From assembly GCA_013138975.1 (NCBI GenBank), contig WTBR01000035.1, forward strand, positions 43,733 to 107,732: 64,000 nucleotides of DNA. Reading direction: 5' to 3'. A program made the position numbers and the translations under genes. Positions 29,445 to 38,717 of this stretch are shown piece by piece. This DNA comes from Bacteroidales bacterium. GTDB lineage: Bacteria; Bacteroidota; Bacteroidia; Bacteroidales; UBA12077. The notes below the pieces were generated by a model that had not been told where the DNA came from, ran no database searches, and saw only the letters and a program-made list of their open reading frames with translations. Within the stretch, counting starts at the first letter, position 1. The number at the start of each line of letters is the position of its first letter.

Positions 29445-32222
29445 TTACCCTGCTAACAATGAATATATAATTAGTATTACCAAGGTTATTCCAATTCCCA
29501 AGAAAAAGAATCCAGCTGCTTTTACCATATTCAATTTCCATTTTGTAATTTCTTTTTCAACTATAACTTTTTCTAAACGGCCTGAATCTACGAGCTCTTT
29601 ATATTCTTTTGGTCTATCTTTTTTAAACTCATCTAAAGGAGTAAGTCCTGTAAAAATAACTGTATCCATCGGGAATGCTTCAGGACGGAAGTGAGTATGA
29701 AAAAAGTGAACTGTAAAAATAAAACCTGTTGCCAATAAAGCTTCATCACTATGTATAATCTGCACTACATTAATAACCCAACCAGGTAATGCCCTTGAGA
29801 AAAATTCAGGAAACCATAGCATTAATCCAGAAAATCCAATAACGGCTACTCCCCAGAATACAGCCATGTAGTCAAATTTCTCCCAATAAGTCCATCTTCC
29901 GTAATTTGGTTTTGTCCCTTTTCCTATAAACCATTTTAAAGTTGCCCCTAAATCTCTCCAGTCCTGCATATTAAACATTAACGAATTACTACCAAAAACA
30001 AATTGTCTGAATGATTTTTTTCGTTCGATCATTTGTTTAATCAAGGAATACAAGTGAAATCCAAAATAACCAAAAGTTATTAAAGCACCAAACCTGTGAA
30101 TCATACTGGCGTTATAAACACCTCCAAGCGCATTGGTAATAAATTGAGCCCACTCCATATGAGCAAATTTTATTATCATTCCGGTTAATGCCAGAAGTAT
30201 AAAACTAATTATTACAAAAATATGTGTGATTCTTTGACTATATGAAAACCGTCTTACATATTTTACTTTTCCTTCAGGTCTAACATGCTTATTCTTTCTC
30301 AACTCAATTATTGACCTTGGAATCCATAAAAGGGTATGAAATCCGTAAAATCCAAATACTCCTACTAATAAAAATGTCATTGCCCAAAAAGCATAATATA
30401 ATGCCGGATATTTATTTTTATCATTATGTGTTGCATGTGTTAAATATCCTGTAAATCTCTCGTTTGCATCAGGATGACATTTTTGACATGTAGCAACAAT
30501 ATTATGAATCCCAACTTCCGAATCAGGATTATTTACACTTAAGATATTATGAGCACCATGGCAATCGGAACATCTTGCTGTTTTTAAGTAACCTAACAGG
30601 TATGCTTTTCCGTGATATGTCTCTAAATATGTTTCTGATAAATGCTCATGACAAGAACCACACTGATGTGTTATCTCTATCATAAACTCATCCTGATCTA
30701 TTCTTGAAATCATATGAGCGGAATGACAGTTGCCACAAGTTGGTAATTCTTTATCGCTTTCATTTTCAAACGAATGTATACTTCCTAAATATTCATCAGC
30801 TATTGGTTTATGACATTTTGCACAGGTTGAAACAAGATGTTGTGGATTAACTGATGAATTTTCATCAGATTCTTTTAACATATTATGCGTTGTATGACAA
30901 TCGGTACAAACAGCCGTTATGGTTAATCCCTTTTCCTCCAAGCTTTTACCATGTACACTTGATGAATAATCAAAATAAGCATCAACTTCTTTTAATCCTT
31001 TCCCCTCAATTGCTTTATTATCTTTTGAATGACATTTACCGCATAAATTAGGAATAGCAGTTCTATATGTTGGCGCTGTTTCATCGTATCTTGATTTTAC
31101 TTTATGGCTACCATGACAATCGGTACAATAAGGTGCATTTTCATCTTTTCTAAAATATGCCTGTCCATGTCCACTGGTAAAATATTTATTTGATACTTCT
31201 GCGTGGCAATTATCGCAATCAACTTCTTTTGCTGTTTCGCAAGGTCGTTCCAAAAAAGGTGAAACATCCGTATGACATTTTACACATGTAATTTTTTTAT
31301 GCTCATAATCATCTAAATCAGCTCTTTCAACTTTTAATGAAATTTTTTCTCCATCTACTACTTTATGAACACCATCCTTGCTATGACATTTTAAACAAGC
31401 ATTATCTGACATAGTAGCTTTAATATTCTTTACATTAATCTTATGAGGTGGATGACAATCGGTACAAGCTGGTATTGCGCCTGGAGCCTCTTCCCACAAT
31501 TCACCTTTGATAACCTTAACATGAACATCTTCAATTCTTGCATGACATTTCATACAAGTTTTTGCAACATTGTTTGCAGAAATACTTGAATTTGGGTTAT
31601 TATGTGGCAGTACTAAATGATTTCCATGGCAATTATTACAGGTTGCTGTAACTATTAATCCACTATTAAATAATCCTTGTCCATGAATACTCTGGCTATA
31701 ATTATCTAATATATTATGCTCGGTAATATTATATGCACGCGATACAGGAGCTCCCTCTTTATGACATTTTCCGCACAAAAACGGAATATTCATTTTATAA
31801 GTTAAAGATTTAGGATCCGTGGTAGGTAAAATTGTATGCTCTCCATGGCATTCTGTGCAAGTAGGTGCATATAGTTCATTTAATTTTAGCGCTTGACCGT
31901 GTATTCCTTTGTAGAAATTATCATCTGCCTTTGTATGGCAATCACCACAATTAACATTATTTAAATTTTCATTATGAGGAAAATCATCAACAGCAGCATC
32001 TTTATGACATGAAGCACATGAAACAGAATTATGTACAGATTTTATGATAATTCGTCCATCAACATACATTGACCTTCCATCGATTTCAGATACCAATTCA
32101 GTATCTTCATGGCACATAAAACAGTCTTCATCAGATTGGCTATATGTTAATGATATTTGCAAAAAAAATATAATTAAAAATAAATAATTTCTTTTTCCTG
32201 CAACAAGCTTTTCGAAAATCAT
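29445..32222 (-). CDS. CbcL-like fusion: 19-heme c-type domain plus FdnI/HydC-type cytochrome b
   Basis: Signal peptide TYS|Q; 19 CxxCH counted; RFSYSQRITH, LALTG, YGRWTYWEKFDY, IIHSDEALLA, VHFF. Confidence 0.92.
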   Translation of the reverse strand: MIFEKLVAGKRNYLFLIIFFLQISLTYSQSDEDCFMCHEDTELVSEIDGRSMYVDGRIIIKSVHNSVSCASCHKDAAVDDFPHNENLNNVNCGDCHTKADDNFYKGIHGQALKLNELYAPTCTECHGEHTILPTTDPKSLTYKMNIPFLCGKCHKEGAPVSRAYNITEHNILDNYSQSIHGQGLFNSGLIVTATCNNCHGNHLVLPHNNPNSSISANNVAKTCMKCHARIEDVHVKVIKGELWEEAPGAIPACTDCHPPHKINVKNIKATMSDNACLKCHSKDGVHKVVDGEKISLKVERADLDDYEHKKITCVKCHTDVSPFLERPCETAKEVDCDNCHAEVSNKYFTSGHGQAYFRKDENAPYCTDCHGSHKVKSRYDETAPTYRTAIPNLCGKCHSKDNKAIEGKGLKEVDAYFDYSSSVHGKSLEEKGLTITAVCTDCHTTHNMLKESDENSSVNPQHLVSTCAKCHKPIADEYLGSIHSFENESDKELPTCGNCHSAHMISRIDQDEFMIEITHQCGSCHEHLSETYLETYHGKAYLLGYLKTARCSDCHGAHNILSVNNPDSEVGIHNIVATCQKCHPDANERFTGYLTHATHNDKNKYPALYYAFWAMTFLLVGVFGFYGFHTLLWIPRSIIELRKNKHVRPEGKVKYVRRFSYSQRITHIFVIISFILLALTGMIIKFAHMEWAQFITNALGGVYNASMIHRFGALITFGYFGFHLYSLIKQMIERKKSFRQFVFGSNSLMFNMQDWRDLGATLKWFIGKGTKPNYGRWTYWEKFDYMAVFWGVAVIGFSGLMLWFPEFFSRALPGWVINVVQIIHSDEALLATGFIFTVHFFHTHFRPEAFPMDTVIFTGLTPLDEFKKDRPKEYKELVDSGRLEKVIVEKEITKWKLNMVKAAGFFFLGIGITLVILIIYSLLAG

Positions 32223-32385
32223 AAGTTTAGTTATTTATTATAATTATTTACGTAAATATATCTCTATTTCGCTGAAACGTCAAATTATTTATAACATTTT
32301 GTGTATATTTACATATCAACATATTAAACTAATTAGATGAGGTTTTAAATTATTAATTATCAATTATTAAATATCAATTAGCGAA

Positions 32386-32399
32386 TTGATATACATCAT
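32386..32399. promoter_or_regulatory. FNR-type box (9/10 match) in divergent promoter region
   Basis: TTGAT-atac-ATCAT between the cbcL-like and cbcA-like genes. Confidence 0.6.
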
Positions 32400-32605
32400 A
32401 AATATTGCGATATAAATCACCAAGGAATTGTTTTTATAGATCATTTAAAAACAAAACTTTGCCAATTAATAATAAATGATTTAAATTCGCCAAGTATAAA
32501 TTATGTTAATTTATAAAGACTTTTGTCATGATTTGTGGAGATTTTTGTCATATATTTAAAACGCATTACTAAAAATTATTTTAATCCTTATAACCTATTC
32601 TAAAA

Positions 32606-33532
32606 ATGAAAATTGCCTTACCTATTAAGTTTGTAATTATTTGTTCGTTTCTTTTTTTAATTCATCAAATTGTTCAAGCACAGGACAATGAAGAAAAAAT
32701 TAAAATGCCCGAATCAAATAATGTATGTCTCAATTGCCATGGGCATAAATATTTCTCATTCTATAATGAAAATACAGAAATAAATGAACGCAAATTAATG
32801 AATCCTTACTTTGTTATTGATTCAATTAGTTATCTTCAGGGAGCACATCAAGGACATTCCTGCATAGATTGCCATTCTGAGGATTATGGAGTTTATCCTC
32901 ATATAGCTGAATTAAAAATTGAACCAAAACTTACTTGTGTGGATTGCCATGATTTTGAGGCAATTGCAACTGAAGTAAAAAAGAGCGTTCATATGGAAGC
33001 GTTTGGTGAGTTTTTTCAATGTGAATTATGTCATGATCCTCATTCAAATAAATTAGTGAAATCTGATATGGCAGAGTTAGTTAGATATAATAATAACAGA
33101 TGTCTAAATTGTCATAATGATGTGGATAAATATCAAGTTTTTACTTCGCATGAAAATCCACAATTACTTGTTACGCACGATTGGTTGCCAAATCAGGCCT
33201 TACACTTTGCACATGTTCGCTGTATTGAATGTCATACAGCTGTAACAGACACTGCTGATGCTGTACACCATATTGTTCCAAAAGAACAAGCAGTAAAGAA
33301 TTGCAACGAATGTCATTCAGAAAATTCATTGTTACGCGACAAGCTTTATAAACATCAATTAAAAGAAGATCGTTCGGAATTTAACTTTTATAAGTCATTT
33401 ATTATTAATGACGCATATATAATAGGCGCAAATAAAAATTATTATGTTAATTTAATTAGCTTATTAATATTTGGTCTTACATTTTTTGGAATATTAACAC
33501 ATACAATTTTTAGAATTATTAAACGTAAATAA
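32606..33532 (+). CDS. Heptaheme cytochrome c with C-terminal membrane anchor (CbcA-like)
   Basis: Signal peptide VQA|Q; 7 CxxCH; HDWLPNQALH; C-terminal TM with His (GILTH). Confidence 0.9.
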   Translation: MKIALPIKFVIICSFLFLIHQIVQAQDNEEKIKMPESNNVCLNCHGHKYFSFYNENTEINERKLMNPYFVIDSISYLQGAHQGHSCIDCHSEDYGVYPHIAELKIEPKLTCVDCHDFEAIATEVKKSVHMEAFGEFFQCELCHDPHSNKLVKSDMAELVRYNNNRCLNCHNDVDKYQVFTSHENPQLLVTHDWLPNQALHFAHVRCIECHTAVTDTADAVHHIVPKEQAVKNCNECHSENSLLRDKLYKHQLKEDRSEFNFYKSFIINDAYIIGANKNYYVNLISLLIFGLTFFGILTHTIFRIIKRK

Positions 33533-33533
33533 A

Positions 33534-34151
33534 ATGAGCAACACTAAATTATATCTTTATCCAGTTTGGCTAAGAATATGGCATGCAATAAATGCCTTAT
33601 GTATAATACTTTTAGGTATTACAGGTATTAGTATGCAATATACAAATATAGAGTCACCATTGATTAATTTTAATTCTGCTGTATCTATCCATAATCTTGT
33701 TGGTGTAATTATAATAGCAAGTTATTTATTCTTTTTCATTGCTGGTATTATATCAGGTAATGTTAAACACTACAGGCTTCTTTTTAAAGGTTTATTAAAC
33801 CGATTATTTAAACAAGGAGAATATTATCTTTTTGGATATCTAAAAGGAGAGCCTAAACCATTTCATATTACAAAAGAGGAAAAGTTTAATCCTTTACAGA
33901 AAGTTTCTTACGTTGCTGCAATGTATGTTTTAGTTCCTGCGGTTATAATTACTGGAGTTGCATTATTATTTCCTGAAATGATTATAGAAAAGTTTTATAC
34001 TATGAGTGGAATTAGATTAACTACATTCTTCCATTCACTTGCCGGATTTTTCATACTAATTTTTCTAATTATTCATTTATACGTAATTACGATTGGGAAA
34101 CATCCATTAAAAAACTTTAAAAGTATTGTTAACGGTTATCATGAATCTTAA
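33534..34151 (+). CDS. Four-TM di-heme cytochrome b (CbcB/PhsC-like)
   Basis: RIWHAINA, SIHNLVG, KFNPLQK, FFHSL, IIHLY; starts 1 bp after the heptaheme gene. Confidence 0.92.
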   Translation: MSNTKLYLYPVWLRIWHAINALCIILLGITGISMQYTNIESPLINFNSAVSIHNLVGVIIIASYLFFFIAGIISGNVKHYRLLFKGLLNRLFKQGEYYLFGYLKGEPKPFHITKEEKFNPLQKVSYVAAMYVLVPAVIITGVALLFPEMIIEKFYTMSGIRLTTFFHSLAGFFILIFLIIHLYVITIGKHPLKNFKSIVNGYHES

Positions 34152-34298
34152 TTTACTTGTTCAATAAAGTGGATAGAATAATGAACTTAATAAGTCTTTG
34201 ATTTTGCTAAATAATTAAAAAAAGCTATTTTTGAACATAATAAAAGTAAAATTAAACCATATAATATATTATTAATTTACAAATTAAAAATTTTAGCT

Positions 34299-34814
34299 AT
34301 GAATGTAAAAAAATTATTATTAATTGTTTGTTCTGTATTTCTTGTAGTTAGCATGTCGAAAGCACAAGATTATGAGTACATTGGCGCTGCAAAATGTAAA
34401 ATGTGTCATAATAAAGAAGTTAAAGGTAAACAATACGACATTTGGAAAACTAAAGATCATGCAAAAGCAATGGAGTCTTTGGCAACTGACGAAGCAAAAA
34501 AATATTCAGATGATCCTCAAAATGATCCTAAATGTTTAAAGTGTCATTCAACTTATCATGTAGCTGCTAGTGCTGATTTAAACCTTACTATTAAAGCTGA
34601 TGAAGGTGTTTCATGTGAGTCTTGCCACGGACCAGGAAGTAAGTATAAATCAATGTCTATTATGAAAGATCACCAAGGCAGTTTAGATAATGGTATGATT
34701 GTACCTACAGAAGCTGTTTGTAAAACTTGCCATAACGAAGAGAGTCCTACTTATAAAGAATTTAATTATGCTGAAGCATTAAAGATGATTTCTCATCCAA
34801 ATCCTGCTAAATAA
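34299..34814 (+). CDS. Periplasmic tetraheme cytochrome (c554-like family)
   Basis: Signal peptide SKA|Q; YIGAAKCKMCH, CLKCH, GVSCESCHGPGS, CKTCH. Confidence 0.9.
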   Translation: MNVKKLLLIVCSVFLVVSMSKAQDYEYIGAAKCKMCHNKEVKGKQYDIWKTKDHAKAMESLATDEAKKYSDDPQNDPKCLKCHSTYHVAASADLNLTIKADEGVSCESCHGPGSKYKSMSIMKDHQGSLDNGMIVPTEAVCKTCHNEESPTYKEFNYAEALKMISHPNPAK

Positions 34815-34834
34815 TAAAATTCTTAATTAAATAT

Positions 34835-34868
34835 AAAAACTCCTTAATTTATAATTAAGGAGTTTTTT
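34835..34868. terminator. Bidirectional terminator
   Basis: aaaaactccttaatt-tat-aattaaggagtttttt. Confidence 0.85.
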
Positions 34869-35058
34869 ATTTTTCTATTTCTAGTACTTACACAATTATC
34901 ATTCCTAAAAAGCTTACACTCCAAATATTGTTTGTCGACAAAAATGGAATGACTAATTCAAAAAAAACTGTAATAAGGATAATAGTTTTTTATAGATTAT
35001 TTAAAGCTACACAAAGCCTTATTAACAAAAATAGCCCCACTTTCCGAGCAGTTTTTCA

Positions 35059-35439
35059 TTACTTCAACATTACAAGTAAACTTCCTGTAATATAGGCTAC
35101 AACCCACCATAAATAAGCAAATAAAGTATATCTATGTAACTTCTTTGGCACTTCAGTTCCTAAACCGTTTTTAGTATAAAACTTCCAAATTAATACAACA
35201 TCAATCAACATTGCAGCCAAGGCTGAATATCCCAAAAATCCATGAATTGTGAACGGAGAATTTGTTGATCCAATTATCATACAAATTGTAGCAGTAATAT
35301 CAAGTATGACACCAACAGTTATGAATAATAAAACAGCTTTTACAAGTTTATGTTTACGCTGCTCGGTAATTACACCAATTGAATAAGAAATTAAAGCTAG
35401 TGTCACCACTGTAGCTCCAATAATTGAAATAGTTTTCAT
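35059..35439 (-). CDS. Four-TM membrane protein, HsmA/TIGR03987-like (putative heme binding)
   Basis: TLALISYSIGV..E, LDITAT, HGFLG, LHRYT..W pattern. Confidence 0.65.
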   Translation of the reverse strand: MKTISIIGATVVTLALISYSIGVITEQRKHKLVKAVLLFITVGVILDITATICMIIGSTNSPFTIHGFLGYSALAAMLIDVVLIWKFYTKNGLGTEVPKKLHRYTLFAYLWWVVAYITGSLLVMLK

Positions 35440-35641
35440 ATTATTTCTTGTTTAATTTAGTTTAAACACAAATGAAACTAAAAATTCTGAATAAATTCTG
35501 AAGATTTTATATAATAAAATATGCTTTGTCTCCAATTCAATAAATTTGAATTGATATTAAGCATGTTAAGCTAATTTATAATGTTTTAATCTTTTGTTTT
35601 TTGTTTTTTGTGAGGCAATATCATTATTGACAAGTATAAAA

Positions 35642-35778
35642 AAAGAGGCTGTCCAAAAAGTCAAAAAATTGTCTATACTTCGACAAGCTCAGTATGACAA
35701 CTTTCTGTTAATCAGCTTGTCACACTGAGCCTGTCGAAGTGTTATTGCTTTAAGACTTGCTTTTTGGACACCCACTTT
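35642..35778. mobile_element. MITE-like element with 19-bp terminal inverted repeats and an internal REP pair
   Basis: aaagaggctgtccaaaaag ... ctttttggacacccacttt (2 mismatches); inner inverted pair 35675-35700 / 35717-35742. Confidence 0.7.
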
Positions 35779-35838
35779 CATTTAATTCTATGTAATATTC
35801 CGTATCAGTGATATTTAAAATTATTAGCATTAAATTGA

Positions 35839-36978
35839 TTAGCAGTTGATCTTATAGTATTTTTTTAATCCGTACAATGAAATTATATTTTGTAATACCT
35901 GAGAGGTACCTTCTATAACTTCCAAAACTTTTGCTTCGCGAAATAATCTTTCAACCGGATACTTATTATAAAATCCGTTACCTCCATGAACTTGCACAGC
36001 ATCTGTTGAAATTTGCATAGCTATTTTAGATGTTAGGTATTTAGCTATAATAGTTTCATTTACTGAGTCTTGATGATTTTGTTGACGTAGAGATGCTACT
36101 TTTTCCAGAAATGCACGAGTAGAATGAATATTGGCTACTGCATTGGCAATCATTTCTTGTATAAGCTGAAAGGTATAAATCTTTTTTCCAAATTGCTTTC
36201 TTTCTCTGGAATAATTAACCATAGCTTCAAGCGCTTCCTGTGCAATGGCAAGTCCACCCCAAGCAATGCTGTATCGACCATGATCCAGTGCCGTTGAAAC
36301 GATATATGCAAAACCACCTCCATCAACCCCAATTCGATTTTCCTTTGGGACTTCTACATTGGTAAATTCAATCTCACTTATATAAGATGCTTTTGCAGCC
36401 ATTAAACCTTTTATTGGTTTAATTGTGACACCTGGTGTTTTAGTGTCAACCATATATGCATTTACTTTTTTGCCATTTGTAGCAATAACAAGTAAATAAT
36501 CTGCTACACCGGAAAATGTAATCCACTTTTTACTTCCATTTATGATTACTGCATTTTCCTTTTCTTCGTAACTTGTTTGTATACTAGATGCATCGGTGCC
36601 AACATTTGGCTCTGTTAAGGCAAATGCTGTGATAATATTGCCCTCGGCCATATCTGGGAGCCATTTATTTTTTTGTGCTTCATTTCCCCATCGTAATATT
36701 GCTGAACCAACCAGCGAAGTATGAACTGTAAGTAAGGATCTCGCTGTACAATCTGCTTTACCAATTATTTCTGTAAGTAAACCATAATTGTATGGATCTA
36801 AGTTCATACCATTATACTTTTCGGGAAATGTTGCACCCAAAAACTTAGCTTTCCCCATTTCTTTAATCAGTTGAGCAGGAAATTGCTGCTTTTCTTCAAA
36901 TTCAGCTGCAAAAGGCCTGATTTTAGTATTGGCAAACTCTTTTGCACTCTCCAAAAAATCTTGTATAACTTCACTCAT
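35839..36978 (-). CDS. Acyl-ACP/CoA dehydrogenase (FkbI/ZmaE-like)
   Basis: RSLLTVH, FALTEPNVGTD, GSKKWITF, QVHGGNG, EVIEGTSQ; context with FkbH and ACP. Confidence 0.88.
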   Translation of the reverse strand: MSEVIQDFLESAKEFANTKIRPFAAEFEEKQQFPAQLIKEMGKAKFLGATFPEKYNGMNLDPYNYGLLTEIIGKADCTARSLLTVHTSLVGSAILRWGNEAQKNKWLPDMAEGNIITAFALTEPNVGTDASSIQTSYEEKENAVIINGSKKWITFSGVADYLLVIATNGKKVNAYMVDTKTPGVTIKPIKGLMAAKASYISEIEFTNVEVPKENRIGVDGGGFAYIVSTALDHGRYSIAWGGLAIAQEALEAMVNYSRERKQFGKKIYTFQLIQEMIANAVANIHSTRAFLEKVASLRQQNHQDSVNETIIAKYLTSKIAMQISTDAVQVHGGNGFYNKYPVERLFREAKVLEVIEGTSQVLQNIISLYGLKKYYKINC

Positions 36979-36989
36979 TGCATTAAATA

Positions 36990-37241
36990 TTAATCACTTA
37001 AAACTTCGGTTTTCTTCTTTATCAAGGCTTCAATTCTATTTACAGAACTAAAATTCGATATTTCCATATCATCATCATCAACTTCCATATTAAATTCTGT
37101 TTCAATATAGTTAAGCAGCTTCATTGAGAACAAAGAGTTTACAAATCCTTTTTCGAAGATATTATCATCATCCTTAATTTCAATCTCATCATCCAGATTT
37201 ATTAAATTATCTGAAATGAACTTTACAATTTTTTCTTTCAT
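36990..37241 (-). CDS. Discrete acyl carrier protein (FkbJ/ZmaD-like)
   Basis: 83 aa, acidic, GFVNSLF phosphopantetheine site, NFSSV. Confidence 0.9.
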   Translation of the reverse strand: MKEKIVKFISDNLINLDDEIEIKDDDNIFEKGFVNSLFSMKLLNYIETEFNMEVDDDDMEISNFSSVNRIEALIKKKTEVLSD

Positions 37242-37315
37242 TATATTCGTTTTTAAAATTTTATTGCATTCGTATAATCTGATTCTTATAAAATTATAAA
37301 TTTTTATGAGAAAAT

Positions 37316-37434
37316 GTACTAACGTTTCAGCTAGAAGTTAGCGAGATTTAACAACAATATTGCCTTCTTTTTTGCTTAGTTTCAAATAAAAAAACTTTAC
37401 ATAATACGTATTAAACCCGCTTACTTTTGAGCTG
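37316..37434 (-). other. Imperfect inverted repeat at the 3' end of the inserted gene (attC-like)
   Basis: cagctagaagttagcgagattta (37328) pairs with taaacccgcttacttttgagctg (37412); GTTAGTA follows on the minus strand. Confidence 0.4.
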
Positions 37435-38089
37435 TGGACATAGACTGACTTTCCCGATTACAACACTGTCTATCAACTTCATTCCATGCATCGATTCTGT
37501 TTTGCCAATTAAAACTTAACATATTTTCTTTAATCTTGTCACCTAATTTCTTTATATCTTTTTTCTTTTCGAAATTAGCCAACTGTTCTCCTAATTTCCT
37601 CGCACTATCTTCTAATAGTTCAAATTGTTCTGAGTCAATTTTTGAAAGCTCGGGAAGATCAAATTCTCCAAACTTAATTTCATGTAATTCTTCTTCTAAT
37701 GCTTTGACCTTAATTTTAATCTTTTTCTTTTCTGTATTAAGTTTTGTAATTTCTACTTTCTTTTCAGTTTCATTTTTGAGAAAATCATTAATTTTATTCT
37801 CTTTTTCCCTAATCTCATTCTCAGCATTTTCTAGCTGTTCAAGTAAAAGTTGATTATATTCTTCCATTTGAAGTTTAACACTATCAAAATACTCCTTTAT
37901 TTTCATAGGAGTCATGTCTTTATAGAACTTAATACTTTCATTTAATTGTGTAATGAGAGAATCTTTTGATTTAATTATTTCATCTTTGGCATTTTTATAT
38001 TCCTTACTCCATCTTATTTTAGCAATCCAAGCTAATATTGCTCCCAAAAGGCTTATTGCAGTGATGATTTGTTCGGTTGTAATTGCCAT
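37421..38089 (-). CDS. Hypothetical protein, N-terminal TM plus coiled coil (inserted gene)
   Basis: IITAISLLGAILAWIAKI then K/E-rich coiled coil. Confidence 0.75.
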   Translation of the reverse strand: MAITTEQIITAISLLGAILAWIAKIRWSKEYKNAKDEIIKSKDSLITQLNESIKFYKDMTPMKIKEYFDSVKLQMEEYNQLLLEQLENAENEIREKENKINDFLKNETEKKVEITKLNTEKKKIKIKVKALEEELHEIKFGEFDLPELSKIDSEQFELLEDSARKLGEQLANFEKKKDIKKLGDKIKENMLSFNWQNRIDAWNEVDRQCCNRESQSMSTAQK

Positions 38090-38180
38090 ATTTATAAAGT
38101 TTGCTAATTCTGTTAAATTAATTATTAAATCTTAAAAATTTCATTCCCAAATGCGTTTGCAGTTATAAATATTGCCCAAT

Positions 38181-38300
38181 AAAATAATATACTTCCCTAT
38201 TTTAACCTTAAACATGAAGTTATTTAGGGAAAACATCCTTAAATATTACAAATCCATTTTAATATAATCAGGGTTTGGTGGTATAAATGATAAATCATTT
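38181..38300 (-). repeat. Diverged duplicate of the fkbH 3' end and downstream sequence (other copy 38654-38771)
   Basis: Encodes NDLSFIPPNPDYIKMDL* versus NDLTFIPPNPEYIKMEL* in fkbH; ~65 bp of shared 3' flank. Confidence 0.92.
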
Positions 38301-38562
38301 AGAAACAAATTAAGACTTCTTCCCAAAACTTTGTTTTACCATCAGACGATTCCATTTTCAGTTGGTTACAATTTGTAACCAACTCACTTCCTTCTTTTTT
38401 AAGTCTGCTTTTTAATACCTTCCAGTAATTATTTGGATTAACGCTTTCGGATAGCAATCCAACAATATCGACTATCGAAAAATACCATTTTTCTTGTTCT
38501 TCGTCCCAATGTACACGAACCCGTTTGTCTTGAAATAATTTTATTGCATTTTCTTTTGTCAT
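38299..38562 (-). pseudogene. Truncated BRO-N / phage antirepressor-like gene
   Basis: IKLFQDKRVRVHWDEEQEKWYFSIVDIV, YWKVLKSRL, CNQLKMESSDGK, then family similarity appears to stop. Confidence 0.75.
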
Positions 38563-38717
38563 ATTTTCATTTCAATAAATCAATTCCAAAATTAGTCAAT
38601 ATTTTTTAGTCTAAATTGTAATTGGAAAACGAATTTTTACAATGAATGCCAACAAAATAATATACTTCACTATTTAGTATTAAACATGAAGTTATTTAGA
38701 GAAACCATCCTTAAATA

